A DNA stretch of 64,000 bases from an uncultured Verrucomicrobiae bacterium (GCA_963707025.1 CAVPOM010000007.1:96001-160000), one strand, 5' to 3'. Positions 17,736-28,622 are shown, numbered from the stretch's first letter. Notes: a model not told the origin generated them from the letters alone. Numbers and translations are program-made.

Positions 17736-19186
17736 CACAGCCATCCCACAGGAAATTGGAAAAGAGTGTTGGCTTGACCATTTGAACCTGCCACAAGGCA
17801 GGCATGAAAAACAAAAAAATCAAACCAACACGGTCCCGGTTTAACGTTTTGCGCCAGATTTGCAATCTCATTCCTGCGCATGAAGTCTCCAAAATAGCGC
17901 GGGAGACCGGGGCTCTGGATAAGTCGCGCACCTTCAGTCCGTGGAGTCACACGGTCAGTTTGCTGGACGCGCAACTCACCCATTGCATCGGACTCAACGA
18001 TCTGTGCGACTCGCTGCAATTGCATTCCGGGCCGCTGTCCACTTTGCGCGGCGCCAGCGCCCCCAGCCGCAACGGCCTCTCCCACGCCAACCGGGAGCGT
18101 CCGGCCCAGATGGCCGAACAACTCTTCTGGCGGGTCCTGGAGCATTTGAAAGCACAGACGCCCGGCTTTGCCGCGGGCCAGCGCCGTGGCCCCGCCTTCC
18201 GTTTCAAGATGCCCATCCATGTGATTGATAGCACGACCATGGAACTGGTGGCCAACTGCCTGGACTGGGCCAAGCACCGCCGGCGCAAGGCCGCCGCCAA
18301 AACCCATATGCGGTTGAATCTGCAGAATCTTTTGCCCGGTTTTGTCATTGTGGACACTGCCGCCGAGCACGACAACCGACGGGCGCGGGAACTGTGCGCC
18401 GACTTGAAGAGCGGCGAAATCGCCTTGTTCGACAAGGGTTATGTGGACTTCGGCCACTTGCGGGATTTGGACGGGCGCGGGGTCTTTTGGGTGACGCGGG
18501 CCAAGGAGAACATGGGCTATGAGGTGGTGCGGAAAATGCCCGCCTCCAGAGACCCGAAGATTTTGCGCGACGAAGTGATCGTCCTGAGCAACGAGAACAA
18601 ACCCGCGCCGGAGTTGATGCGCCGGGTGGTGGCGCTGGTCGAGATTGATGGAGAGGAACGGGAAATGACCTTCCTGACCAACAACCTGGAGTGGAGTCCG
18701 CGCAGCGTGGCCGACCTTTACCGCTGCCGCTGGCAGATCGAAGTCTTCTTCAAACAAATCAAGCAGACCTTGCAGTTGGCGGATTTTCTGGGCCACAACG
18801 CCAACGCCGTGCGCTGGCAGGTGTGGACGGCGCTGTTGACCTACGTGCTGTTGCGCTACCTCAGTCACCTCTCCAACTGGGCGCACAGCTTCACCCGGCT
18901 GTTCACGATTTTGCGGGCGGCGCTCTGGGAGAAATATGATCTGCTCAATTTGCTGGCGTGCTATGGGACAGCAGGCGGCAGCTTTCGCCACTTGGCGCGG
19001 CCCGAGCAGGCGTATTTCCCCGGCTTCCAATAAAGCTATGGGACAGCACACGCGCCCAAACAGGCGCATACCAAACCCAAAAGCCAAACTCGGAAAAATC
19101 AAAATCTCATTTTACCCCGAAGACCAATTAAACCCTTGCAAATGAACAGGTCAGCACCAGACTTTTCCCCTTATGAGACGGGTGTG
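17736..19186 (+). mobile_element. IS4-family element copy 2, no target duplication
   Basis: Same sequence as copy 1; flanks atcgcattt / aaatcgaaa differ. Confidence 0.93.
17804..19033 (+). CDS. IS4-family DDE transposase, identical protein to copy 1
   Basis: Identical 409-aa translation. Confidence 0.95.
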   Translation: MKNKKIKPTRSRFNVLRQICNLIPAHEVSKIARETGALDKSRTFSPWSHTVSLLDAQLTHCIGLNDLCDSLQLHSGPLSTLRGASAPSRNGLSHANRERPAQMAEQLFWRVLEHLKAQTPGFAAGQRRGPAFRFKMPIHVIDSTTMELVANCLDWAKHRRRKAAAKTHMRLNLQNLLPGFVIVDTAAEHDNRRARELCADLKSGEIALFDKGYVDFGHLRDLDGRGVFWVTRAKENMGYEVVRKMPASRDPKILRDEVIVLSNENKPAPELMRRVVALVEIDGEEREMTFLTNNLEWSPRSVADLYRCRWQIEVFFKQIKQTLQLADFLGHNANAVRWQVWTALLTYVLLRYLSHLSNWAHSFTRLFTILRAALWEKYDLLNLLACYGTAGGSFRHLARPEQAYFPGFQ

Positions 19187-19443
19187 AAATCGAAAAACGA
19201 ATTCCGCGAAGGGCCGGTGACATATAACCCGTCCATGACGGGATAAAGGCGCACCGGGTCCTGTCGGCAGCGTAGCGCAACGAGATAGATCTTCGCGAAG
19301 AAATTGGCCGCTCGCCTGTGTGACTGCGTCAGATGCGATTGCGTGCCGACGACATCGAACCACCCGACGTACTCTGACACGGTGTTGGGAAGCGCCTCCG
19401 CGTTGAAGAATGGACGCTCTCTCAGTTGATCTGTTGTTGGCAT
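19187..19443 (-). pseudogene. 3'-truncated nucleotide-cyclase-like (palm domain) hypothetical protein
   Basis: YVGWFDVVGT...LYPVMDGLY two-Asp pattern; cut by IS right end. Confidence 0.5.
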
Positions 19444-19938
19444 AAGGACGCTATTTCGGCGTGCAATTATAATACCGACAGTGGTTCATATATTGCAATG
19501 GGCGAATGCACTGCTGCTTCTGAATCCAGAGCAGCCTTAAAATGGTCCTCCCGGGGTAAACGCCGCAATAACTTCGTCGAATTCAGGATGCGCAGGGTCC
19601 CGCACGGCTGGCCGAGCCTGTGTCCAGGCTGCATGGCCCTTTGATAAGACGTAAATCATTGCAAATCAAGGTCGTAGGGGTCAAATCAAGTATTCTCCAC
19701 TTTCTTAGATTTGCCATTGATGTGAGCGAAATAAACCGGTCCCTTATCATGGCATTTTTGTGGTGATGGGCCGGTGCCGAGTGGAGCCGGCGGCAATGGG
19801 GGCAGAGGAGGAATTGTGATTTTTGAATAGTTCCTCCGTCGCTCCGCCTGGCGGAGCTATGGAGGACAGAGATTGGTGAATCCCTCCCCATCATTTGCCA
19901 TCCAGGCAAATCCTGGGTTTCCGTTCCATGAACCCTCA

Positions 19939-19986
19939 CCTCACCCTAACCCTCTCCCCTCCCATCGGATGGGAGCGGAGAGGGAA
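19939..19986 (+). repeat. REP/MITE-like hairpin repeat (CCTCACCCTAACCCTCTCCC family)
   Basis: Identical 48-bp inverted copy at 28527-28574; variants at 49638-49673 and 57501-57537. Confidence 0.85.
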
Positions 19987-20137
19987 CAGGAGGCGGACAC
20001 GACGAGCGCGGCAGAAATAGCCGGGGCAGGAATATAATACGCCTTGCCCCCGCTCAGAGGGAAGCGGGCCAATTTCATTTTTCTGACCCCATCTTTCTGC
20101 CACCTTCCTTTTTTTTAATCCTGCCTCCCCCTTCTTC

Positions 20138-20210
20138 ATTTTGCATTTTGCATTTTGCATTTCCTGTCCTCCGTAGGCCCAGCGGAGGAGGATGCATTTT
20201 GCATTTTGCC
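20138..20210. repeat. (TTTTGCA)n heptamer micro-repeats flanking a small hairpin
   Basis: cattttgcattttgcattttgcattt ... gcattttgcattttgcc. Confidence 0.85.
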
Positions 20211-20250
20211 TTTCCCTTGTCCCCGCTCCCTTGGCACACTGCCCGGGCAC

Positions 20251-21435
20251 ATGACCGAAACCCTGCGCGCATGGCTGGACGCCCGGAAGGATGAGCTCTA
20301 CACGTTCGGCCTGGAAGTTATTTTTGAACAGCGCCCCGGCAAACGCGCGGCGATGCTCCGTTCCTTTCTCTACCTGCTCTCCAAACTCTGGCAGCTCGGC
20401 GTCACCGTCCGCCGCTTCCTCTACCAGGTCCGCATCCTGCGCGATTTCACCCTGGGCATTCAGGTCATTGCCATCGGCAATCTCACCGTCGGCGGCACCG
20501 GCAAGACCCCCGTGGTGGAAAAATTCGCGCGCGAACTGCAAAAACAGGGCCGCACCGTCGCCATCCTTTCCCGCGGCTACCGCTCCAAGCCCCAGCCGCT
20601 GGCCCAGTGGCTCCTCAACAAAATCCTCTTTCGCGCCGACAGCACCCCGCCGCGGGTCGTCTCCGACGGCCGATCGCTCCTGCTGGATTCGGACAGCGCC
20701 GGCGACGAACCTTACATGCTGGCCTCCAACCTCAAGGACGTCGTCGTGCTGGTGGACAAGGACCGGGTCAAAAGCGGGCGCTACGCCATCGAGAATTTCG
20801 GGTGCGACACCCTGTTGCTGGACGACGGATTCCAATACTGGAAGCTGGCCGGCCGCCGCCAGGACATTGTGCTGATTGATTGCCAGCAGCCTTTCGGCAA
20901 CGAAAAGATGCTGCCGCGCGGCACCTTGCGCGAGCCGCATTCCCATCTGGCCCGCGCCAGCACCATTTTTATCACCAAGAGCGACGGCCACACCGCCCAA
21001 CTGCGCCGGCGCATCGCCCAGTACAATCCCGCCGCCGGCATCATCGAATGCATTCATCACCCCCTTTACTTCGAGGACGTTTTCACCGGCGAACAAAAGG
21101 GCCTTGATTTCATGACCGGCAAACGGGTCGCCTCCCTCAGCGGCATCGCCCAGCCGGAAAGCTTTGAGCAAAGCCTGGTCAAACTGTGCGCCGAACTGGT
21201 CTATGCCAAGCGTTTCGCCGATCACCACCGTTTCACCCAGCAGGAAGTCCTCAACTTCATCAACCGCGGCAAAAAACGCCAGGCCCAAATGATCGTCACC
21301 ACCCAGAAAGACGCCGTGCGCTTCCCCAAAATTGACCGCCGCGACCTGCCGATCTATTTCATGCGCGTGGAAATCAAAATCCTCAGTGGCGCGCAGGACT
21401 TCGATGATTGCGTGCGCAAAATCTGCCTGCACTGA
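20251..21435 (+). CDS. lpxK: Tetraacyldisaccharide 4'-kinase
   Basis: [43 protein letters not shown]. Confidence 0.95.
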   Translation: MTETLRAWLDARKDELYTFGLEVIFEQRPGKRAAMLRSFLYLLSKLWQLGVTVRRFLYQVRILRDFTLGIQVIAIGNLTVGGTGKTPVVEKFARELQKQGRTVAILSRGYRSKPQPLAQWLLNKILFRADSTPPRVVSDGRSLLLDSDSAGDEPYMLASNLKDVVVLVDKDRVKSGRYAIENFGCDTLLLDDGFQYWKLAGRRQDIVLIDCQQPFGNEKMLPRGTLREPHSHLARASTIFITKSDGHTAQLRRRIAQYNPAAGIIECIHHPLYFEDVFTGEQKGLDFMTGKRVASLSGIAQPESFEQSLVKLCAELVYAKRFADHHRFTQQEVLNFINRGKKRQAQMIVTTQKDAVRFPKIDRRDLPIYFMRVEIKILSGAQDFDDCVRKICLH

Positions 21436-21455
21436 CGGCCCGCCCCCTTCCGGCC

Positions 21456-22607
21456 ATGACCCCTTCGGCTCCCAACCCTCCCCGCGCCCCGGCAGACGAA
21501 AAAATCCTCGTGCGCGGCGTCAACTGGCTGGGCGACGCCGTCCTGAGCGCCCCGGCCCTGCAACGCCTGCGCGAAGCCAAACCCCGCGCCCGCATCACCC
21601 TGCTCGCCCCCGAAAAACTGGCCGGCCTCTGGCAGGGACAATCCTTCCTGGACGATCTGCTCCTTTTTTCTCCCGGCGACAACCTCTGGCAAACCGCCCG
21701 CCGTCTGCGCGCCCGGCAATTCTCTGCCGCCGTGGCCTTTCCCAATTCCCTCCGCGCCGCCCTGGAGCTGTGGCTGGCGGGCATCCCGCAGCGGGCCGGA
21801 TACGCCCGGCCCGGCCGAACATTATTCTTGACAAACCCCCTCCCGCCGCGGCCCGGCGCCACGCCCATGCGCCGGCGCTCCTCCGGGGAAATCCGGCGAT
21901 TGGCCGCCGGCGGGCAAACTCCGCCCCCGCTGCCGCCCTCCGCCCATCACCTCTACGATTACCTGCGGCTGGTGGCCGCCTTGGGCGCCTCCGCCGAACC
22001 TTTGCCGCCGCGCATCACCATCAGCCAGGAAGAAGCGGAAAAAACCGCCGCCCGTCTTGGTCTTCCCGCGGCGCGCCCGGACCGTCCCTTCCTGGGATTA
22101 AATCCCGGCGCCGCCTACGGCCCGGCCAAACGCTGGCCCGTGGAATCTTTCATCGCCGCCGGCATCGCCATCCACCGGGCCACGGAATGCCGCTGGATTA
22201 TTTTTGGCGGGCCGTCCGATCGGGAAATCGCCCACTTCATCTCCACCGGCCTGGGCCAGCATCTCCCCAGCCAACCCGTCATCAACCTGGCCGGCCAGAC
22301 GACCTTGCGCGAACTGGCCGCCGCGCTCAAGTCCTGCCGGCTGCTCCTGACCAACGACAGCGGCCCGATGCACCTGGCCGCCTCGCTGGGCACGCCGGTC
22401 GTCGTTCCCTTCGGCAGCACCTCGCCCGAAATGACCGGGCCGGTCTGGTCCGCCGGCGCGCAAATTCTGCGCGCGCCCGGCATTGCCTGCTCCCCCTGTT
22501 TCCGGCGCGAATGCCCGATAGATTTCCGTTGCATGAAGGGCATCGCTCCCGAAGCGGTTGTCGCCGCCGCCTTGCGCGCGCTCTCACTCAATACAGACTC
22601 ACGTTAG
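21456..22607 (+). CDS. waaF: LPS heptosyltransferase II (GT9)
   Basis: NWLGDAV, NPGAAYGPAKRWP, TNDSGPMHLA, CSPCFRRECP. Confidence 0.9.
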   Translation: MTPSAPNPPRAPADEKILVRGVNWLGDAVLSAPALQRLREAKPRARITLLAPEKLAGLWQGQSFLDDLLLFSPGDNLWQTARRLRARQFSAAVAFPNSLRAALELWLAGIPQRAGYARPGRTLFLTNPLPPRPGATPMRRRSSGEIRRLAAGGQTPPPLPPSAHHLYDYLRLVAALGASAEPLPPRITISQEEAEKTAARLGLPAARPDRPFLGLNPGAAYGPAKRWPVESFIAAGIAIHRATECRWIIFGGPSDREIAHFISTGLGQHLPSQPVINLAGQTTLRELAAALKSCRLLLTNDSGPMHLAASLGTPVVVPFGSTSPEMTGPVWSAGAQILRAPGIACSPCFRRECPIDFRCMKGIAPEAVVAAALRALSLNTDSR

Positions 22608-22645
22608 AAGTTGAAACCAAATCCAAAACATCGTATGTTGCCTCC

Positions 22646-22876
22646 GTGCCGATAACAGTGGATCAAATCATTGAAGAAGCCCGCCATTGGCCGCCGGAAA
22701 AGGTCGGGGAACTGGTGGGCCGCCTGACCGAAGACCTGCACGTCGGCGACCCGGAAACCGAAGCTGCCTGGAAGACCGAGATTTCGCGGCGCATTGAAGA
22801 AATTCAAACGGGCAAGGTGCAAGGCATCCCCCCGGAAGAAGTCTCTGCCCGCATTCGAAAAATCGTCGGTCGGTGA
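22646..22876 (+). CDS. Addiction-module antitoxin
   Basis: AWKTEISRRIEEIQTGKVQGIP motif; overlaps toxin start. Confidence 0.85.
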   Translation: MPITVDQIIEEARHWPPEKVGELVGRLTEDLHVGDPETEAAWKTEISRRIEEIQTGKVQGIPPEEVSARIRKIVGR

Positions 22877-23171
22877 AGCCTCACACCTTCCATCCTGAGG
22901 CCTCTGAGGAATACACTCAAGCGGTCGTGTACTACGCCGCCACTTCGCCCAATCTCGCGGGCCGATTCAGCGACGAGATCGAACGGCTCATTCGTGAGGT
23001 TCGCCGCCAGCCGGAGCGTTTTTTTCGCTTCAGCCCCCCGGCCCGGCGCGCTCTGGCTCGCAAGTTTCCTTACTCAGTGGTTTATCTCGACCAACCGGAT
23101 CGCATCTGGATCGTAGCGATTATGCATGCCAAACGGCGACCTGGTATTGCTGGCGCGAACGACTGGCCTAA
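22873..23171 (+). CDS. RelE/ParE-family toxin (apparent frameshift in last codons)
   Basis: FHPEA, KFPYSVVY, IVAIMHAKRRPG; WRERLA* tail in another frame. Confidence 0.85.
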
Positions 23172-23210
23172 TTCGGTTCAACTGAAACTCAGCGGGATTG
23201 GGCCGCATCG

Positions 23211-24092
23211 TCATTTCAACCCAGCCTTGCCTGCGGATTTAGGATCAATCTCCTTCAGAGCTCTTTCGGCTGATTCGCGCACATCAGGATCCACATCTGT
23301 GCGCGCCTTGAGCAACAGCGGAACCGCCGCCTTGGCCTCGGCGCCAAAACCGCCCAGAAGACTCGCCCCAAAACCTCGCATTCCGGCATCCGGGTTGGTG
23401 AGGAATTCTGAAAACACTGGGACGACCAGTTCCGGCTCCTTATGAAGTTGCACCAATGCGTACCCAGCCGCTCCACGTAAAAGAGAAGCTTGTTTCGTGG
23501 TACCTCCGATTTTCACCATTTCGATAAGAGCGGGAACCACCTTGTCAAAGTCGCTGCCCGCCTCCCCCAATGCGGTGGCTGCCGAATGACGAAGTATCCA
23601 ATCCTGATTGGTCAATGCCTGCAGCAAGACAGCAATCCCCTCGTGGCCCATTCCCGCCAGGCCAATGGCGGCAGTCAAGCGATGGGGCCTGCTCGACAAA
23701 AGGTTGGTCAGCGTTGGAAAGGCCGATTTTGCTTCAACCCCCAAAAGATTGATCGCCTCAGCCGCCGTCACGGCGCGTGTTATGTCCCGATCTAGTGGAT
23801 TCAACTCATCGGGAACGACCCTTCCTGCGAATCGCCAAAACTTGAGTTGGTCGGGGGATTCGTCCTTCGCCAAACGGGCCAGCAAGATCGGAACACCGTT
23901 GCGGCCAATCGCCCGAATCGCGATGGTCGCCGGATTGGTTCGGTCATTGGATGCATTGCGCCACTCGTCGAGCCAGGAGCTTAAACTTCGCCCTTCATAG
24001 CTCGGCTCCTTCTGCCCGGCAGAGCGGACCATCAGCACGGCAATGACAATTCCAAGCAACCCCGCTACGATGACCAACTGCCTTCGTTTCAT
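23211..24092 (-). CDS. Membrane-anchored HEAT-repeat protein
   Basis: EPSYEGRSLSSWL then repeated R..AA.ALG......VP.L units. Confidence 0.85.
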   Translation of the reverse strand: MKRRQLVIVAGLLGIVIAVLMVRSAGQKEPSYEGRSLSSWLDEWRNASNDRTNPATIAIRAIGRNGVPILLARLAKDESPDQLKFWRFAGRVVPDELNPLDRDITRAVTAAEAINLLGVEAKSAFPTLTNLLSSRPHRLTAAIGLAGMGHEGIAVLLQALTNQDWILRHSAATALGEAGSDFDKVVPALIEMVKIGGTTKQASLLRGAAGYALVQLHKEPELVVPVFSEFLTNPDAGMRGFGASLLGGFGAEAKAAVPLLLKARTDVDPDVRESAERALKEIDPKSAGKAGLK

Positions 24093-24195
24093 CTCCTGGC
24101 ACATTCGATCAACCATTGCTCGTTGGCAAAGAGATTCGCCAACCCGGTTATGTTTTGCGTGGTGCTTTCCGCCTGATTCATCTAAAACAAACCCC

Positions 24196-25110
24196 ATGAG
24201 AATCGGTGTCTTGTCCCGCGGATTGGAAGACTTGGATTGGATGCAGCGGCTCGGTTTCCGTTCCACCCAGTGGATGCGCTTTGCGGAAAGTCCCGCCGCG
24301 CCGCCCCACGCCGATTGGAAATCCTTTGCCGCACAATTCGCCGCCCAAGCCGGCGCCCGCGGCATCCGCATTTCCGCCATCGGCGCCCTTTACCAGAACC
24401 CGCTCGATCCGCGCCAAACGGATTGGGCGCGCGCCGTTTTTCAACGCGCCATTGAAGTCGCCGCGCAGATCGGCGTCAAAACCGTTTCGGGGTTTGCCGG
24501 CGCCGTGGTGGAAGTGGAAACCAACCCGCGCGGGGGCAACCCGGTCTATAAACCGTTCGAGAATTATCTGCCCCAATTGCTCGCTTTTTGGGAGCCGCTG
24601 GCCCGGTTGGCCGCTGGGCTTGGCGTGCGCCTGGCCTTTGAGAATTGCCCGCAAGGGCCCTGGCATCAGCCCATCATGCACTACAACATGATGAGCCAGC
24701 CCGCCTTCTGGGAACGCCTTTTCAACCAGAGCAAATGCGAAAACATCGGACTGGAGTGGGATCCCAGCCACTTGCTCTGCCAGTTCATTGATCCGGTGGC
24801 CAACCTGCGCAAATTCGGCCCGCGCGTTTTTCACGTCCACGCCAAGGACGCTTTCATCAACCGGCCCTTGCTGGAGGCTTATGGGCTCTGCCATCCCGGC
24901 GTGGCCGAGCATCGCTTTCCCGGCCTGGGCCAGGCTGACTGGGCGCAAATCGTCCACGAACTCCTGCGCGCCCGTTACGATTCGGACCTCAACATCGAAG
25001 GCTGGCACGACCCGGTTTATCGCAATCACCCCGGCGGGCCGCAGTGGGAGGACGCCGGCTTGTTGCTCGCAAAAAAGACCCTCGAACCGTTCGCGGCGGG
25101 AACCGAGTGA
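24196..25110 (+). CDS. Sugar phosphate isomerase/epimerase (xylose isomerase-like TIM barrel)
   Basis: AFENCP, GLEWDPSH, HVHAKD, NIEGWHD. Confidence 0.88.
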   Translation: MRIGVLSRGLEDLDWMQRLGFRSTQWMRFAESPAAPPHADWKSFAAQFAAQAGARGIRISAIGALYQNPLDPRQTDWARAVFQRAIEVAAQIGVKTVSGFAGAVVEVETNPRGGNPVYKPFENYLPQLLAFWEPLARLAAGLGVRLAFENCPQGPWHQPIMHYNMMSQPAFWERLFNQSKCENIGLEWDPSHLLCQFIDPVANLRKFGPRVFHVHAKDAFINRPLLEAYGLCHPGVAEHRFPGLGQADWAQIVHELLRARYDSDLNIEGWHDPVYRNHPGGPQWEDAGLLLAKKTLEPFAAGTE

Positions 25111-25211
25111 CGCCAGGCGCCCCTCGTAATTCCTGTATTGGTTGAGTGACGAGGACAAAACACGCGGAGTGGAGGAGCCGGCGTCCACCGGTTTCAGAGC
25201 GCGTCCGTGCC

Positions 25212-25256
25212 ATTCCACCACTCCACCACTCCATCCCTCCACCACTCCACCACTCC
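25212..25256. repeat. (CCACTCCA)n octamer micro-repeat
   Basis: Also at 31143-31168 and inverted near 57445-57472. Confidence 0.85.
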
Positions 25257-25324
25257 CTTCTCCCGCGTTCGCCTTTTGCATTTCCTTAACTCCCGGCTCC
25301 CTTTAATCTGCGCCAGAAAAATTT

Positions 25325-26188
25325 ATGGAAGAATATCGCGTTGGCATTATTGGCGGGAGCGGCCTTTATCACATCGAAGGGTTTACCCGGCAAAAATGGG
25401 TGAAGGTAAAAACGCCCTACGGCGCGCCCTCGGATGATCTGCTCACCGGCCGGCTGGCGGGACGGGAGGTGGTGTTTCTGCCGCGGCACGGGCGGGGGCA
25501 TCGCCTCATGCCCTCCGAGTTGAATCATCGCGCCAACATCTGCGCCATGAAAAAGCTGGGCGCGGCCTGGATCATCAGTGTCAGCGCGGTGGGCGCTTTG
25601 CAGGCGCGGCATCGTCCGTGCGATATTGTTTTGCCGGACCAATTTGTGGACCGGACCAAGCGCTCCTTCGAGCACACCTTTTTCGGGCGCGGCATCGTCG
25701 CGCATATCGCCTTTGCCGAGCCGGTTTGCGCGGAGTTGCGCGCGGTGCTTTGCCAAAGCGGCCGCGCCGAAGGGGCGCGCGTCCACAACGGCGGCACTTA
25801 CGTCAACATGGAGGGGCCGGCTTTCAGCACCCGCGCCGAATCGCTGGCCAACCACCGCCAGGGCTGGGATGTCATCGGCATGACCAATTTGGGCGAAGCC
25901 AAATGCGCGCGCGAAGCCCAAATCGCCTACGCCACCCTGGCCATGGTCACCGATTACGATTGCTGGAAGGCGGACGAAGCCCACGTCACGGTGGAAATGA
26001 TCGTGGCCAATTTGCAGAAGAATGCCGCAACGGCCAAGGCCATCGTCGCCCGCGCCCTGCCGCAAATTCCCGCCCGGCCGGGCTGCTCCTGCCATCGCGC
26101 CCTGGGCCACGCCATCATGACCGATAAAAAACTCTGGCCCGCCAAAACCAGGGCCGATTTGAAATGGCTGCTCGGCAATTCGCTGTAG
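25325..26188 (+). CDS. mtnP: S-methyl-5'-thioadenosine phosphorylase
   Basis: GIIGGSGLY, PRHGRGH, EGPAFSTRAES, IGMT, VTDYDCW. Confidence 0.93.
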   Translation: MEEYRVGIIGGSGLYHIEGFTRQKWVKVKTPYGAPSDDLLTGRLAGREVVFLPRHGRGHRLMPSELNHRANICAMKKLGAAWIISVSAVGALQARHRPCDIVLPDQFVDRTKRSFEHTFFGRGIVAHIAFAEPVCAELRAVLCQSGRAEGARVHNGGTYVNMEGPAFSTRAESLANHRQGWDVIGMTNLGEAKCAREAQIAYATLAMVTDYDCWKADEAHVTVEMIVANLQKNAATAKAIVARALPQIPARPGCSCHRALGHAIMTDKKLWPAKTRADLKWLLGNSL

Positions 26189-26269
26189 CGGCGGTCTGTG
26201 ACCGCCGCAAGTGTCACCGGTTTTTCCGCGCCTGTCAAAGGCCGCCGCCCGCCGCCCAGGGTGAATTGC

Positions 26270-27236
26270 TCACCGCGCCGGCTGCGGGGGGCCGTTGGTC
26301 AGGGCGTGCTGCATGGTCTCGGCCAGGTTGCGCGCCAGCTTGTCCTTCAGGACGGAATACATTTTATTGGTGACAGCATCGAGGGCGCGGCGCGACTCGT
26401 CGAATTGGTTGAGGGCCAGTTCAATGCGGGCCAGATGGATGTAGACCCCCTGCCGTTCCACCTCGTCATGCGCGATTTTCAAACACTGCTTCCAGGCCGC
26501 CAGGCCCTCTTGCAGGCGCGGCGGACGGATGCCGTAAAAACATTCCGCGTAATCGGTCGCCAGGATGAAATTGTCCGGATCCAGCCGCAGGGCCTTCTGG
26601 TAGAGCGCCAGGGCTTTGTCAAAAACCGCCTGCTCGGAAATCTTCCAGTACTCCGCCGCGTCGTCGCGGAACAAGTAAACTCCGGCCGCCAAATTCCAAT
26701 AATAAACCGACTGAGCGGGGTCCAATTCGATGGCTTTGGAAAAATACTCAAACGCCTTCTTGATGTTGCCGTCCTCGGTACAATTTACCCAGGTTGTTCC
26801 AGGCGGCGGCATTGTTCGGGGCCAGTTGGCGCGCTTTTTCCCACTGCGCTTCGGCGCCTTCGGCGTCGCCGGTTTGATTGAGGAAACTGCCGTAGGCCAG
26901 CCGCCCCCGCACGTAATCGGGATGCTGCCGGACAAAATCCTCGTAGTCTTTTTTCACGGCCGCCAGCCGTTCCTTGACGCGCGCCGGCAGGGTGATTTGC
27001 GCCTCGCTGTTTCCCGCCAGGCTGGCCGCGCCCGCCGCATCCGACCATTTTTCGATTTCCTCCACCGCGGCGTCGTCTTCCGCCTCCAATTTGCGAAATT
27101 CCTTTTCGACGGGATCGTTCGGGTCGGGAATCTGGACGGAAATGCCGGTTTTCTCCTGCACCAGGTTGCTGACCGCGGCCGGCGTATTGGTGGAAACCAG
27201 GGCGGCCAATAATCCGGCTAATAAATCACTCACCAC
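26270..27236 (-). CDS. TPR-repeat protein (frameshift near 26780)
   Basis: Two overlapping ORFs joined at AWNNLG; KAIELDP, KALRLDP repeats. Confidence 0.8.
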
Positions 27237-27489
27237 CCCGCCAGTTTAAACGTCCCGGCAAAAAGCGCAAGAGGCAAAGGCGGGGCCGGGTCAGACGGGT
27301 GCGCATCTCCCTTTGTCCAGAGGGCGCCGCAATTACCAATGACCAATTTTCAATTCTGCAAACCCACCAGGTCGTACTCCCGGCTGGAAATCGAGAATTT
27401 TCCATGGACCATTTGATATTGGTAATTCCTATTGCTCCAAGGCCCCGTTGAGCTGGAAGGAAGGCTCGACAAACCTGGGATGCGCCCGG

Positions 27490-28335
27490 TCAAACCTCCT
27501 TGACCACTCCCCAATGCACATCCAGGCGGCGGGTCAGGTAGAGGCGGACGCCTTTGAGCAGCGTGGCGGCCTCCAGCTTTTGGCCCAGGGCCACGATGTC
27601 CTTCAGGCTGCTGTGCGAGCGGATGGGCGCGCTGGCTTGCGCGATGATCGGCCCTTCATCCAGGTGCATGCTGACAAAATGCGCCGTCACCCCGATGATT
27701 TTCACCCCGTGCTCGTAAGCCTGGCGATAGGCTTGCGGCCCCGGAAAACTGGGCAGCAGCGACGGGTGAATGTTGATGATTTTATTCTTGTAACGCCAGA
27801 CCACATTGGGCGAGAGAATCTTCATAAACCGCGCCAGCGCCACGAAATCCACCTCCCATTCGTCCAGCAGGCGCAGCAGGCGCCGTTCCGCCGCCGCGCG
27901 GTCGTGCCAGGGCACGTAAAAAAAGGGAAGCTGGAACCGGCGGGCCAGCGGCGCCAGGTCGCGCCGGTTGGAAATCATGGCGGCGGGCAGGGCCTTGAGG
28001 CCTCCGCCGCGCCAGTCCTCCAGCAGCGCCTCCGCGCAATGCGCTTCGCGCGTCACCATCAGGGCCATGCGCTGCCGGCGGTTGGGCTCCGTCCAGCGCA
28101 CCCTGATTTCCATGCCCAGTTCCCTGGCCAGGCGGGCCAGTCCGGCCGACACCGGGCCTCGGTCCGCGACCTTCCCCGGCCAGGAGGCCTGGAGGGTCAT
28201 GCTGAACTGGCCGCGGGTGACCTGTTCTTCCAGCGCCTCGATATTGGCCCGCTGCTCAAACAGGAAATTGGTGATGGCCGCCACCACCCCGGTTTTGTCC
28301 CGGCCAATGACGGTCAAAGTGGCAAATTGTTTCAT
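27490..28335 (-). CDS. purU: Formyltetrahydrofolate deformylase
   Basis: ACT domain DKTGVVA; LARFMKIL, INIHPSLLPSFPG, LDEGPII. Confidence 0.9.
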   Translation of the reverse strand: MKQFATLTVIGRDKTGVVAAITNFLFEQRANIEALEEQVTRGQFSMTLQASWPGKVADRGPVSAGLARLARELGMEIRVRWTEPNRRQRMALMVTREAHCAEALLEDWRGGGLKALPAAMISNRRDLAPLARRFQLPFFYVPWHDRAAAERRLLRLLDEWEVDFVALARFMKILSPNVVWRYKNKIINIHPSLLPSFPGPQAYRQAYEHGVKIIGVTAHFVSMHLDEGPIIAQASAPIRSHSSLKDIVALGQKLEAATLLKGVRLYLTRRLDVHWGVVKEV

Positions 28336-28350
28336 TCAGGTTTTTATCCA

Positions 28351-28439
28351 AATCTTAATCCTAATCCTAATCTTAATCTTAATCCCAATCCTAATCCAAA
28401 CCTGCCTATCCCCGGCTGCGCGAAGGAGATTAAGATTAG
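28351..28439. repeat. (AATCYT)n array with inverted partner
   Basis: Direct array 28351-28397 and gagattaagattag at 28426-28439. Confidence 0.85.
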
Positions 28440-28622
28440 CCTTCTTTCGCCTTCAAGCATGCATCGGGACGATGAACCTGCCGCCGCTCGACACACCTCC
28501 GTAGAACAATTCGTCTCCGCCTCCGCTTCCCTCTCCGCTCCCATCCGATGGGAGGGGAGAGGGTTAGGGTGAGGGGAGGGTTCCTGGAAAGGGCTAAGAT
28601 GACGAACCAGCAACCGCTGCGC

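Noticed and set aside
14966..19186. Composite transposon formed by the two IS4 copies
   Set aside because: Copy 1 has its own TSD and the outermost flanks do not match, so the pair did not insert as a unit
23211..24092. HEAT-repeat gene as an isolated integron cassette
   Set aside because: Lower GC, but no attC palindrome or GTT core found at its ends
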